Positions 1 through 10,812 of a stretch of 64,000 nt of DNA are shown piece by piece (positions within the stretch are counted from its first letter, which is position 1; the number at the start of each line of letters is the position of its first letter). Both the position numbers and the translations under genes were made by a program. The stretch lies in assembly GCA_964252035.1 (NCBI GenBank), contig OZ176207.1. The stretch is one strand, 5' to 3'. The DNA comes from Podarcis erhardii (taxonomy: Eukaryota). A model generated the notes under the pieces. It was not told the origin of the DNA and ran no database searches. It saw nothing but the letters and a program-made list of their open reading frames with translations.

Positions 1-165
1 AGCGTTTGATAGCCCTCTTTCCTGAATTTGTCTAATCCTCTTTTAAAGATGTCTAAATTGGTGGCCTCAATGCCTCATGTGGAAGCAAGTTCTGCAGTTT
101 AACTATGCGCTGTATGAAGGGCTTTCTTTTACCCGAATCTTCCAACATTCAGCTTCGTTGATGTC
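1..165 (-). mobile_element. CR1-type LINE 3' region fragment
   Basis: gaatttgtctaatcctcttttaaag...ttggtggcc...cagtttaactatgcgctgt resembles the reverse complement of reptile CR1 3' ends (recognised from memory). Confidence 0.55.
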
Positions 166-562
166 CAAAAGTTATTGCGTTAAGAGACACCATGGCACTT
201 ATTTTAACAGAAACTGAAATGGCCAAAATCTTATACTTTAAATACCTTGTATTGTGCATACTGCTTTTTCCTTCTAAGACTCTTAAATTTCAAACTTCAT
301 CTTAAGGCATTACCACGTTTCCTAGTTTCATTTCTTAAAACTCCAAACTTTTTTGAGAAAACAATGATAACAAAAAGCAATTCTTACATTATTTAAATAG
401 TTATCTACTAGGTTTTTTTTGCTCTCTAAGCAAAAAAAGCAGATAGCATTAGTATTTGCTAATGGGGACAACAATAGGAGAGTGAAGTGACAGATTTTTC
501 ACTTACAAAGCCCTGCTGACTTGTGCCATGGGCATGTTATCAAGGAGAGCCCATTGTGTGTG

Positions 563-822
563 CAGGGGTCTCCAACTTTGGGGGGGGGTAGGATGCTCAT
601 TTGAAGACCTAAGAACTGCACCTCAAAACACCCATTTCGTGGAAGAAAAATTGGTGGTGTGCAGAACCTTTTCCACCAAACAAGCAAAATATTCAACTCA
701 TCCAAAAGGTGTCCTTACTTGCTTGATGTTCTTTTACAAAGATTAAAAACTGGCTTTGGTAAGCACCAAGCAGGGTGTCTGAGGGGAACATGGTGCCATG
801 GAGACCATGTTGGGGACCCTAG
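563..822. mobile_element. Degenerate hAT-like MITE
   Basis: Left end caggggtctccaac, right end gttggggaccctag (imperfect TIR); no clean TSD. Confidence 0.4.
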
Positions 823-1289
823 CCATAGTGTCCCCCCTCGTTAGGGATCTTCATGACTCTTCAGTCAGGAGAGCAGCAACACCTACAGACACAAGCTTAC
901 TCAGAGGTTTAAAGACTAAACACAGCCAGCACAACTCTACAGCCAGTTTGGCAGGTAAACAGCCAAGGCCAGCCAGAGGAATGCCAAGTGTAACAGTCAG
1001 CAGCATGATGTGAAGATACACGATGTGATATTATTGATGAAGCCGACCAGGCCCAGGGTGGGTGAGTGTGTGGATGGAGCACTGTGAGGGAATTCTACAC
1101 ATTCTTCCTTTATTTCTACCATGGAAAGATGGCATGTAAATGTAGCAAATAAAACCCTATAGCCTACTGGTCATCCTGGATAAGTGATAGGTTATGGGCT
1201 TGCCAGGAAAAGGATGAAGTCATAATTTAATGCCACTGATTCCACACAGACAATAATGTTCAGAATAATGCCTATATCAGGAGTGAGTA

Positions 1290-1503
1290 CAGTGGTACCT
1301 CGGGTTACAGACGCTTCAGGTTACAGAATCTGCTAACCCAGAAATAGTACCTCGGGTTAAGAACTTTGCTTCAGGGTAAGAACAGAAATCATGAGGGGGC
1401 AGCGGGAGGCCCCATTAGCTAAAGTGGTACCTCAGGTTAAGAACAGTTTCAGATAATAACGGACCTCCGGAACGAATTAAGTACTTAACCCGTGGTATCA
1501 CTG
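1290..1503. mobile_element. Tc1/mariner (Tigger-like) MITE
   Basis: TIRs cagtggtacctcgggtta / ttaacccgtggtatcactg, TA on both flanks, internal repeats of gtacctc(g/a)ggtta. Confidence 0.85.
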
Positions 1504-1965
1504 TATATTGGTTTATATGCATAAGAGGAAGCAGCAGCAAAAAGAGCTACTGCAAACTTCCTGGTAGCATAGTAGGAAGCAGCAACGAAATTGGAAAGGA
1601 CTTCCTCCCTGAGAGTCATAGATGCTGCAGTCACAAACTACATTTTTTGGGAATCCTGATAGGTACATAGATGTTAAAAAGAAGTTGCAGCAAGGTTAAA
1701 GCTCAGGCCTTTGACCTCAGAAAGTTACACACAAACTATTAACCATAGGTTAATAGTTCACGATGGGGCTTCTATACTCTAGCCCAGGGAAATGGAACCT
1801 CAGATCTGGAGACTTTCCAAGCCTCTATTTCTGGCACTTAGGACTCTTCGCAGGTCACACCCTTCAGTGGCCCTGTTTTGAACCCTACGTGAGTGGTTTG
1901 GTGCCTTTGAGCTCTGAATAACGCTACTTGCTTGCCTGAAGTGTGCATGTAACTATCCAATTGTA

Positions 1966-2327
1966 AGGTAAAGGACTCCTGACAGTTAAGTCCAGCTGCA
2001 GACAACTCTGAGGTTGCGGAGCTCATCTTGCTTTACAGGCCAAGGGAGCTGGCGTTTGTCTGCAGACAGCTTCCGGGTCATGTGGTCAGCATGACTAAGT
2101 TGCTTCTGGCACAATGGAACACCGAAACCAGAGCAGCGCATGGAAACACTGTTTTACCTTCCTACCGTATTTGTCTACTTGCACTTTTTGGTGTGCTTTC
2201 AAACTGCTAGGTTGGCAGGGGCTAGGACCAAGCAACGGGAGCTCACCCCGTCATGGAAATTCGAACCACCAACCTTCTGATCGGCCAAGAGGCTCAGTGG
2301 TTTAGACCACAGCGCCACCCATATCCC
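1966..2327 (-). mobile_element. Sauria SINE, full length
   Basis: Reverse complement of the Sauria SINE pattern (gggtggcgctgtggtctaaaccactgagcc...cctttacct). 13-bp TSD ctatccaattgta at 1953..1965 and 2328..2340. Confidence 0.93.
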
Positions 2328-2408
2328 CTATCCAATTGTACAAAGGTACAATTCAAACTTGTTGGTTTTCCCTAAGCTGGATCAGAGGTAGCTACAATGA
2401 CCTGCAGA

Positions 2409-2756
2409 GGGACAGGGGTGGTGCTGTGGTTTAAACCAGAGCCTAGGACTTGCCGATCAGAAGGTTGGCAGTTCGAATCCCAGCGACGGGGTGAGCTCCT
2501 GTTGCTCGGTCCCTGCTCCTGCCAACCTAGCAGTTCGAAAGCACGTCAAAGTGCAAGTAGATAAATAGGTACCGCTCCAGTGGGAAGGTAAACAGCGTTT
2601 CTGTGCGCTGCTCTGGTTCGCCAGAAGCGGCTTAGTCATGCTGGACACATGACCCGGAAGCTGTACGCCGACTCCCTCGGCCAATAAAGCGAGATGAGCG
2701 CTGCAACCCCAGAGTCGGTCACGACTAGACCTAATGGTCAGGGATGCCTTTACCTT
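2409..2756 (+). mobile_element. Sauria SINE, full length (short-body subfamily)
   Basis: Head gggacaggggtggtgctgtggtttaaacca, B-box-like gttcgaatccc, tail cctttaccttta. 11-bp TSD tacaatgacct at 2393..2403 and 2757..2767. Confidence 0.93.
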
Positions 2757-2894
2757 TACAATGACCTTAATGTGGGCCAGTTAAGTCTCATTCAGGTAAC
2801 TGACACTCTTTACCTCATGGAGAAAAAGAAGACGGGTGGCGATACAACCAAACGAACTGCCAGTGAACAGAATTAAAACCACTGTCTTCAAGTG

Positions 2895-3020
2895 TGGTAA
2901 AGTGTAGGCCTAGGATTGTGGAGACGGGACTTTTAGATCCTCACTCGGCTACAAAGCCTGTTGGGTGACTCACTACTGCACAACTACCTCACAAGGTTGT
3001 TGTGAGGATAAAATGGGGAC
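2895..3020 (+). mobile_element. Old MIR/Squam3-like SINE fragment
   Basis: gggtgact...ctacctcacaaggttgttgtgaggataaaatgggg resembles the MIR/CORE 3' part. Confidence 0.5.
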
Positions 3021-3773
3021 AGGGCAGAGGAAGGAAACCTGTTATTGGCATCTGTCTGTCTTGAGAGACAATGGATTGCACTTCCCTATCCGTCACGCAT
3101 GGAGGGCCCGTTTCACACAAACCGCAGTAAAGGTTTCCCCGGGGCTATTCCCAGGCAAAGCTGTAAGTGCGACGTTCACACGTTCGCGTGTTCCCTCCCC
3201 GCCACCCCAACATAATTTTTAGCAACTCCTACAGGCAGAGTCTGGCTGGCAAGTCCAGGGAAAGCCTATGGCGACCTGCCAGCCTTTCCCACTCGGGGAC
3301 TTTTTCCTTCGCGAGGCGGGTTCCCCGTCCCCTCACAGGGTATTATTCCCCGCCCTCCACGCTAGTCGCTCTGTCGGTTCCGGCGGAGGAGAAAGTGGAC
3401 GCCTCTTTTATCTCCCGCTCTCCGGGAAGGCCTAGAAGCCGGCCGGCCAAGGCGGCAGCTGCGGTAGGACCGTCGGGAGAAGACGGCGCTGACGCGCATC
3501 TCCGACGCGCATCGCCGCCGCCTCCTCCCCTCTCCGCACTGGAAGCGAAAGCGGCGCGCGCAGCCACGCCGCCCTCCCTCTTCCCCAGCCCGCGCCTGAC
3601 GCAACGCACGCCGGCCGCCGGCCAACCCTCGCGAGCTTTACATCGTCCCCGCGGCCGCCCGCTGCTGAGCGGCGGCTTGCCATTGGCTGCCGGGCGGCGG
3701 CCCCGCCCCGTCCGCTCTCTCCCCGGCGAGGCGCAAGGAGAGGGAGGGAAGAGAGGGGCCGCTGGAAGTTAAG

Positions 3774-3803
3774 ATGGCGGCGCGTGTGAGAGCGGGGCGC
3801 TGA
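3774..3803 (+). promoter_or_regulatory. Candidate upstream ORF MAARVRAGR* (only if the TSS is 5' of 3774)
   Basis: aagATGG context (-3A, +4G), stop TGA 3801..3803. Only ATG seen between 3774 and the main ATG at 4086. Confidence 0.45.
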
Positions 3804-4085
3804 CCGAACCCTTTCCCGCCGCCGCGAGCTCCCCGCTCCCGCGCACGCCGCTGACCAGCCTCTCGCTCTCCCCTCGCGCCGAGCGGAGGCTCCCGAGTGT
3901 GAACGAGACACCCAGCGGCACTCCAGAGGGGGCGCCAAGCCCTCCTGCCCTCCCTCTCCCCCCCCCGCCCGCCGTCGCCCGTCCTTTCTCCTCCGCCTCC
4001 TCCTCCTCCCCCCCCCCCGCACCCTCCATTTCCTCCTCGCGCGCCCGGCCCCTGCCCGCCTCCCTCGAGGGAGGGGGAGCGAAAC

Positions 4086-4147
4086 ATGACATCGATCCAC
4101 TTCGTGGTGCACCCGCTCCCGGGCACCGAGGACCAGCTCAATGACCG
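4086..4147 (+). CDS. UBR5: UBR5 exon 1 (coding part)
   Basis: [20 protein letters not shown](R); donor CG|gtgagg. Confidence 0.98.
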
Positions 4148-5348
4148 GTGAGGAGGGAGAGCGCGCGAGGGGAGGCCACTCGGGGGCCTCCGGGAGTGGG
4201 GGGGGGGAGACAGAGGAAGCAGGAGAGGGGAGGAGCCCCCGTGCGTGAGGGGAGGAGCCCCGCGTGTTTGGTTGACGGGAGTGAAGGGTTGGAGGTGGAA
4301 TGTGGCGTGGGGGGGGGGACGCTTCTCCTTCACCCCCTCCCCGGGATTTTGTTTATTTCCCTCACCCCTTTTCACTTTACACGTTTTGAGCGTCAACAAG
4401 GTTCTCCGCCTGGGTTGTGAATGCAGGAGGCGCCTCGTGCATTAGGACGCTTAAAATTAAACAAAAAAATAACAACCGATAAATAAATAAATAAGTGAAG
4501 CCGCGGGTGTCAAAATGAGAGGCACGGTCCTGTGCATGCTTACCCAAGTGCAAGGATCCCGTCGGATCCTGGGTAAACGTGGGTACTGTATACAGGATCC
4601 GGCTTGGAAACGTGTTGGTTTTGCTTTTGTCTCTTGGGTTTGCGAAAGGTGGGGTTGAGCAGACTCGCGGGTCTTCTCTCCCCGGCATTGAATAAAAACT
4701 TCGACTGACAGTGCGATTCCGCGTGGAGTTTCCCGCTGTAAGCATCGTGTAACTTGGCCTCTTCTGATGGTGTGTATATTTTAATTCTGGCGCTACGGGG
4801 ATCTTGACCGCAATGGAAATTTAGCTATTTCGAACGTTGCACACCATCAGATAAAATTCTGAAGGACTCTTCCATCTTATCTCGAAGAAGCTGCTAATCT
4901 TGTCTGTTTTAAGCGTAGAAAGCAAAGGAGCAAGACTAGGTTTTGAATTAAATATGCTTATAAGGTGGACTTAAGGGGGGATTTGCGACTACAAATTAGT
5001 GATGGGAAAGGGACAGGGAAATCAGTATGTTTATTGTGGCTGGTGTTCATGCAGGGTAGATCTTTGAAATAGGCTTGATTGCATTGGGGTTGACAGTCTT
5101 GAAACTGCTAAATGTGTATGATTGGGAGCATAATGGAAAGCCTAAATTGCAAGCCATTTTTGATTTCCAGTAATGTTTAACTTTCTGTATTACAACACAA
5201 AAATAATTTTGCTACAGTTAACATGTAGATATATCTATTACTTCTTTTTAAAATAGCAACAGAGATAGTAGACATTTTTTTCTCCTATTGTACTCTCTGG
5301 GCCTTTATTAAATTTGATTATTGTCCAAGTCTATGCTGTTATTGTGCA

Positions 5349-5437
5349 GCACAATCTTAAGCATATTTACTCAGAAATAATACCCCTGTGTTTTGGTGGG
5401 GCTTATTCCCAGATGAGTGTGCATAGGATTGTATGCT
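5349..5437. repeat. Old palindromic MITE-like repeat common in squamates
   Basis: cacaatcttaagcatatttactcagaa...ggggcttattcccagatgagtgtgcataggattgt. Similar degenerate copies near 47022..47110 and 52039..52170. Confidence 0.45.
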
Positions 5438-6221
5438 TATCTAAGAAAGATGTCTGAAAAAGGTTTCAGTAGAAAATGAAAAGCTAAATATTTAGCAAGT
5501 AACGTACATCAATGTGAGGATTACATCTTATCTAAACTATTACGGGCCTGCCTGTCTGGGTGTGGTTTCTTTCTCTTGAATGACCTGGTGACACATTTAA
5601 CACTGCAGTGAGTGTCATGTGCTAAGAGAAATACCACCTCAGAGATTGGCTGCAGCCTCAGTAATGTCTATGAATTTGGCATGTTTCTGTCATAGAAGGG
5701 TGGAGATAGGACATTAATAGTGTGAGGCAAGTACACCAGCATCTTCATGTAACTTCTACAGCCATGTTCTAAATATGTTTGCCTAGAAATATATCCCACT
5801 GGGTCCCATGGTATTTGGTTTCTTCCTGGTGACACTGATTATGGCTGTAACTTTAGAATCGTAACCAAATTCTTCATGAAGTTGTGATAGTGAGGAATGC
5901 TTAAAGTACCAATTTTAGTGCAGACTTAAATGTACAAAACACGTTATAAAATGGCTGTTGGTAGCTATAACTTCTTAGCAACAAATGATTATTTCATAAA
6001 TTCATAAAAATATTTCATAAATATGGGGATTTGTTTTTGAATTGTTAGTTGGAAAAGCATGGATTTGGTTTCATTTATGCAAACACTTTTAAAGGACAAT
6101 TTTATTCCGGTTGTTCATTTTTACTGACGTAATAACAAATGCTCACAAGGATAGAACATGTTTGACTATTGCAGAGCTTTTTGGTCTGATTGCAGAGAAG
6201 CTTAGCTTGGCATACATGATT

Positions 6222-6635
6222 CTTCCTCCCCTTTTTATTCTTGAGACAACCCTGTCAATTAGGTTAGGACAGGGGTCAGCAACCTTTTTCAACCGTGGGC
6301 CAGTCCACCGTCCCTCAGACCATGTGGCAGGCCGGACTATATTTTGGGGGAAAAATATGAATGAATTCCTATGCCCCACAAATAACCCAGAGATGCATTT
6401 TAAATAAAAGCACACATTCTACTCATGTAAAAACACGCTGATTCCTGGACCGTCCACGGACCGGATTGAGAAGGCGATTGGGCCACATACGGCCCACGGG
6501 CCTTAGGTTGCCTACCTCTGGGTTAAACTGTGAGGAAGTGACTGGCTGAAGTTCACACAGTGAGCTTCATGACCAAGTGGGGATTTGACCTAGGGATTCC
6601 CTGGCCATTGTTAGACACCTGATAACTACTGCACC
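6222..6635 (-). mobile_element. Squam3/MIR-like SINE split by a hAT MITE
   Basis: Left part acaaccctgtcaattaggttagga and right part gtgactggctgaagttcacacagtgagcttcatgaccaagtggggatttgacc join into a MIR-like antisense copy. Confidence 0.55.
6270..6520. mobile_element. hAT non-autonomous element (MITE)
   Basis: TIRs caggggtcagcaacct / aggttgcctacctctg; partially matching 8-bp flanks ggttagga / ggttaaac. Confidence 0.8.
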
Positions 6636-9174
6636 ATGTATCTGTTTGCACTATCAAAATGGCTCCCACTAATTAATGATCACAATTTGACTGTTGGAAA
6701 AATCAGGTTATTTTTGTGTACCTATTTCAATGCTGTGTGAATTGGTTTTTTTATGTTGATCACATGAAACCAGAAGCAGATGAGTAATAAATATTAATTT
6801 TACCTTTTGGGTATATATTTTCTTCTCTGAAGTAGAACGGTATTAATATCAAATACCCTTTTGAGTCGACATGCTTGGTGCCATAGCACTTGTGACTTGT
6901 AATCATGGTGACTTAAGAGAGGGGAAGCTCTTCTATATTTAAAAGGTGTTGAAAAGCCTCTCTACTCAGGAATTAGGGATTCAGAATGTCTCCCTTGGTG
7001 AGGGTAAGCAGGATTTTAGTTCTGATTCACAGGGCAGGAGATGGAATACAGTACAATTTAGGATTGGTAAACCAACATTTTCCTGCCTGTTACTATCCCG
7101 CTTTTGACCATGTATTTTGGTGTACAGCATCATAAAGGGATAAAATAAATTGGGACCACAAGTCCATAGTTTTCCTGTAACAGTGGTGTACCATCATGTT
7201 TTGTGACACTGCCTGGAGCAGCTGTTTATTTGCGTATATGCTGCTTCAGCGTTAGGATCTAACTGTTAAATCAGGCCATTCTTTACCGATTAAAAAGCAT
7301 GTACCTTCAGTAGAAGATCGATGAAATTAGAATCTAGATGTGTTTTACTAAGCTTTGTTAATATGTAATGTGTATCAGTTCAGTTTACTGTGTCTAGCAG
7401 ACAGCCATTACACACATAAAAATAATAACAAGAAGAATGCAACGAGAATACAAATATCTGCCGTTGTAATGTTTTCCTTCCCCTACCAGACAACAAAAAT
7501 GTGTGGCAGGGAAATTAAAAATGTAATGTTTATGAAACATGGGCTAAGTATTATACATTAAGAGGGAGCGATGTCCAGCATGATCTGGGAAGGTGATTTT
7601 GGCAACAACTCTGTGTTTCCGCTTGTGTGTAGTGCCTTTGGAACTCTTCCTACCTTTCCAAAATTCCATTACACTATTTAAAATATCTTCATGCTTAGCT
7701 AGCACAGAGTATTCTGCAGTTATCTAGATACTGTAGATTGGATCTGGACCGAGTTAGTTAAACTTAAGTCCCATTGAAATTAGAGAAGCTTAATTACTTG
7801 TTCCACTGATTTCAGTGAGACATACATTCAGCTATTTTTCTTTGGATTCAACCCTATATATTTTGTTGAAATCTTACATAGTTTGAGGTCTAAAAGTTTG
7901 GAGCTCGCATTGGGCTGTGGCTCTTAGAGACAGCACCCTGAGGACAAAACATTCACCAAACATTCTCAAACGGTTTTAAAGGAGCATAGCTGGGAACCTC
8001 TACTCTATGCTTTCAAGAAGCTATAACAGATAAGGATGCAGTCCACAGTATTCATTAATTTCAGTGTTACTCTTGATTTCTGCTCCAATTCAATTGAAAT
8101 GATTGGAGATTTTATGCTACAAATACCTGGCATATTGATGTATTGTTCTGCTCCCCCAAGAGTTTTGAGATATATACTCTGGACAGTGTTAGTGTTAATT
8201 TACTCACTTATTAACTCCCTGGCTCCCAAAGTTTGTTTACAAATAGACTTCATGAATGTGTTTAATTAAGATACACACACATACACTTCCTCTCAGTGGT
8301 CACCTAAAAAAACCCAAAATACAACTTTGAACCTGCCCAGTTTTCCACTTCATAATAGATCTCTAGATGACATTAGTGAACTTGAAACAATATATGATGT
8401 GGCTTTGGAATGTGCATGTGACACATGGGTAAGTGGGGCCCATCCCAGAGTTTATGTAGTTTGTGCACATCAACCCTAATTTTTCAGAGTCCCCTACAGT
8501 GAAGAATCCCTGCTTCTCTTTAGGCTTATCTCATGATTATTCCACAGTCTTTACTATTCTCATAGTTCCCTTCTGAGTCTTTTCTGGTTCGTCAACATTT
8601 TTCTTTAATTACAACACTTAAAAGGGAACAGTATACTTTAAATAAGGTATTGGTGGCATTAAGTAATTTTACTGTTTCAGGGACTTGGATATAATGGGGG
8701 CCATAAATTTTGGCTGGTCTTGGTGGCTGACCAAAAATTTGGTTTCTGAAACTTTGCTCCTATCCAGGGCTCAGGATTTTATCCTTGACCTTGTGGTGCC
8801 CCCTCTGAAGTACAGCAGGACTTTGGGGGCATTTCCCAGGTGGGAAAGTGTCCATGGAATCATGCTGTGTCCAAGCGTGGTACAAAAATAAGCCTGCCTT
8901 TTTTGTAGTGGGAGCTGTAGAGGAAAACTTGTTCTGGTGATGCCCTTCAGAGGTGTGTGAAGTACCTTGGAAGTAGAGTCTTTAGCTTTCTTCCAACTGT
9001 GTGGGCTGTGAAGGGAGTCTCAGCAAGGATTGCCCTGCAGTGGTGATCCCTGCCCCCTCTCCAGATTTGGAGAAAGCCTGGCACTTTCCACACTCACCAG
9101 CTAGAAAAATGCCAGCTGCTCAGAGTAAGAATATGACTAGGTGGAAAGAGCTTCATACATTAGAAAAGTATTGG

Positions 9175-9399
9175 GAAAAATATTTACTTTCATTTCGTGT
9201 GCGGGTGTGGGTATGTGGGTGTCTACACATATGAGTGTTTTTGTATGCAATGTTTGGGAGGAAATAAGATGGTAAATAACAAATAACAAACTAAATATTG
9301 ATGTATGTAATTTTTGTTTCTTGGTTATATTTGGTGGTAGTATGGATGTATTTTTTTTTGTAACATAAAATCATTCAATAAAAATTAATAAAAAAAAGA
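9175..9399 (+). mobile_element. 5'-truncated poly(A) retro-insertion, probably an L1 3' end
   Basis: 13-bp TSD agaaaagtattgg (9162..9174 and 9400..9412), AATAAA at 9377 and 9387, A-rich tail. Confidence 0.75.
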
Positions 9400-9531
9400 A
9401 GAAAAGTATTGGTTCCCCCTTCCCTCCCCCCAGGCCATCAGCCCATCACAAGTGGAAAGTGTGGGAAAGGAGGATAGTAAATTTGAACTTATTCACTTTG
9501 GCATTGTCATGGTCCTCCATGCACCAGTATT

Positions 9532-9670
9532 GGTTTAGTCATGCTGGCTCCACGACCCAGAAAGCTGTCTGTGGTCAAGCGCCGGCTCCCTCGGCCTGAA
9601 AAGTGAGATGAGTGCAGCAATCCCATAGTCTCCTTTGACTGGACTTAACCGTCCAGGGGTCCTTTACCTT
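9532..9670 (+). mobile_element. Sauria SINE 3' fragment
   Basis: ggtttagtcatgctgg...gagatgagtgc...gactggacttaaccgtccaggggtcctttacc matches the other copies in this window. Confidence 0.88.
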
Positions 9671-10545
9671 TTTTTAAAAAAAAAACAAGGCTACTCTTCT
9701 TAGTGGTTTTATTTCCTAACCTTTAGTGAATCACAGTCTTCCCCTTCTCATCGTGAGATCACCTTGTTGAAAGGTTAGCAATTGTATTGTTGAAATGAAC
9801 ACAGAGAGAAATGTATTACCAGTGAAATGTATTTTTGATCTAATTGCAATTCATGTTAACTGCTCCACTTCTGATTTCCTTTCACTTCTTATGTAAGGCA
9901 GGTGTTTCAGAGTACAAGTACAGGAGCCTGTTTTGTGAGGGGGCTTACCCTATATGTGCACAGAACAGAAAGGGGGGAAAACAATGACACAAAAACATGA
10001 CACAAATGTAATCCACATCGTGGAAAATACTAAAACACTTGAAGTCATTGCCTGTTGCAGCAGTGGCTAACTTTATTAGCCTGGAGTCTGGAATATGTCT
10101 AGCCAGACTGCTTGAGGCCCAGCCATGGCATAATAATATCCCTTCCCAAGTAGTTTGCACTAATATGAGTTTGCCTTCTCAAACTAAATAACCTTGAAAA
10201 TTGTCTTCATATTGCCTTAGGTGGCATGCTTGGTGTAAATGGCTTTCTTGGACTGGTAGTGTTGCCTCCTGAGAGCAGTGCCGATGATGCAGATGCCTGT
10301 AGGGCAGCCTCATAGCCAGCTTTCCTTGTTAGGTGGGGCAGCCACATTTCAAGATGGGGTGTTTTGGAGGGGCATAGTGCTAGCCAATCCCGCTTCTTCA
10401 TGGATGGAGAAGAGGTGAGGGCCAGTCCAAAGGAAGGAAAAGGCAGGTTAACTTACATAATTGGATATGTAAAGGTCATGTTAACAGAGCATTTAGTGTG
10501 AACACCAGGAATTAGATGACTGGCATATTTTTTTGTTTGACCTGA

Positions 10546-10812
10546 GGGATAGCTCAGTCAGCATTAGACTCTTAATCTCAGGGTTGTGGGTTATTGGGTG
10601 AAAGATTCCTGCATTGCAGGGGGTTGGACTAGATCAGGCTTCCTCTAACTCGGCCTTCCAGATGTTTCTGGCCTGCAACTCCCATGGTCCCTAGCTAGCA
10701 GGACCAGTGGTCAGGGATGATGGGAATTGTAGTCTCAAAACATCTGGAGGGCCGAGTTTGAGGAAGCTTGGACTAGATGATCCTTGGAGTCTCTTACAAC
10801 TCTATGATGCTA
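10546..10812 (+). mobile_element. tRNA-Lys(CTT)-derived SINE with CR1-like tail, interrupted by a MITE
   Basis: gggatagctcagtc...agactcttaatctcagggttgtgggtt matches tRNA-Lys-CTT with deletions. Tail ggggttggactagatgatcc...caactctatgat is CR1-like. Confidence 0.75.
10635..10770. mobile_element. 136-bp palindromic hAT MITE
   Basis: Arms caggcttcctctaactcggcc / ggccgagtttgaggaagcttg; perfect 8-bp TSD gactagat. Confidence 0.9.

Larger units (their letters stand above)
3160..4720. promoter_or_regulatory. CpG-island promoter of UBR5 (upstream region, 5'UTR, exon 1, start of intron 1)
   Basis: Abrupt high-GC, CpG-dense block. Reverse CCAAT (attgg 3682..3686), GC box ccccgcccc 3701..3709, ETS-like ggaagt near 3764, YY1 motif aagatggcggc 3771..3781. 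No TATA seen. Confidence 0.92.

Noticed and set aside
2409-2500. tRNA-like heads (also 10546, 39022, 42754, 44088) as tRNA genes
   Set aside because: They continue into SINE bodies and tails, several with TSDs, and lack an intact cloverleaf.
3167-4420. Long overlapping ORFs on both strands (201, 226, 253 aa etc.)
   Set aside because: They lie in the CpG island, where stop codons are rare. They are low-complexity Arg/Gly/Pro/Ala text with no family resemblance, and the real CDS begins at 4086.
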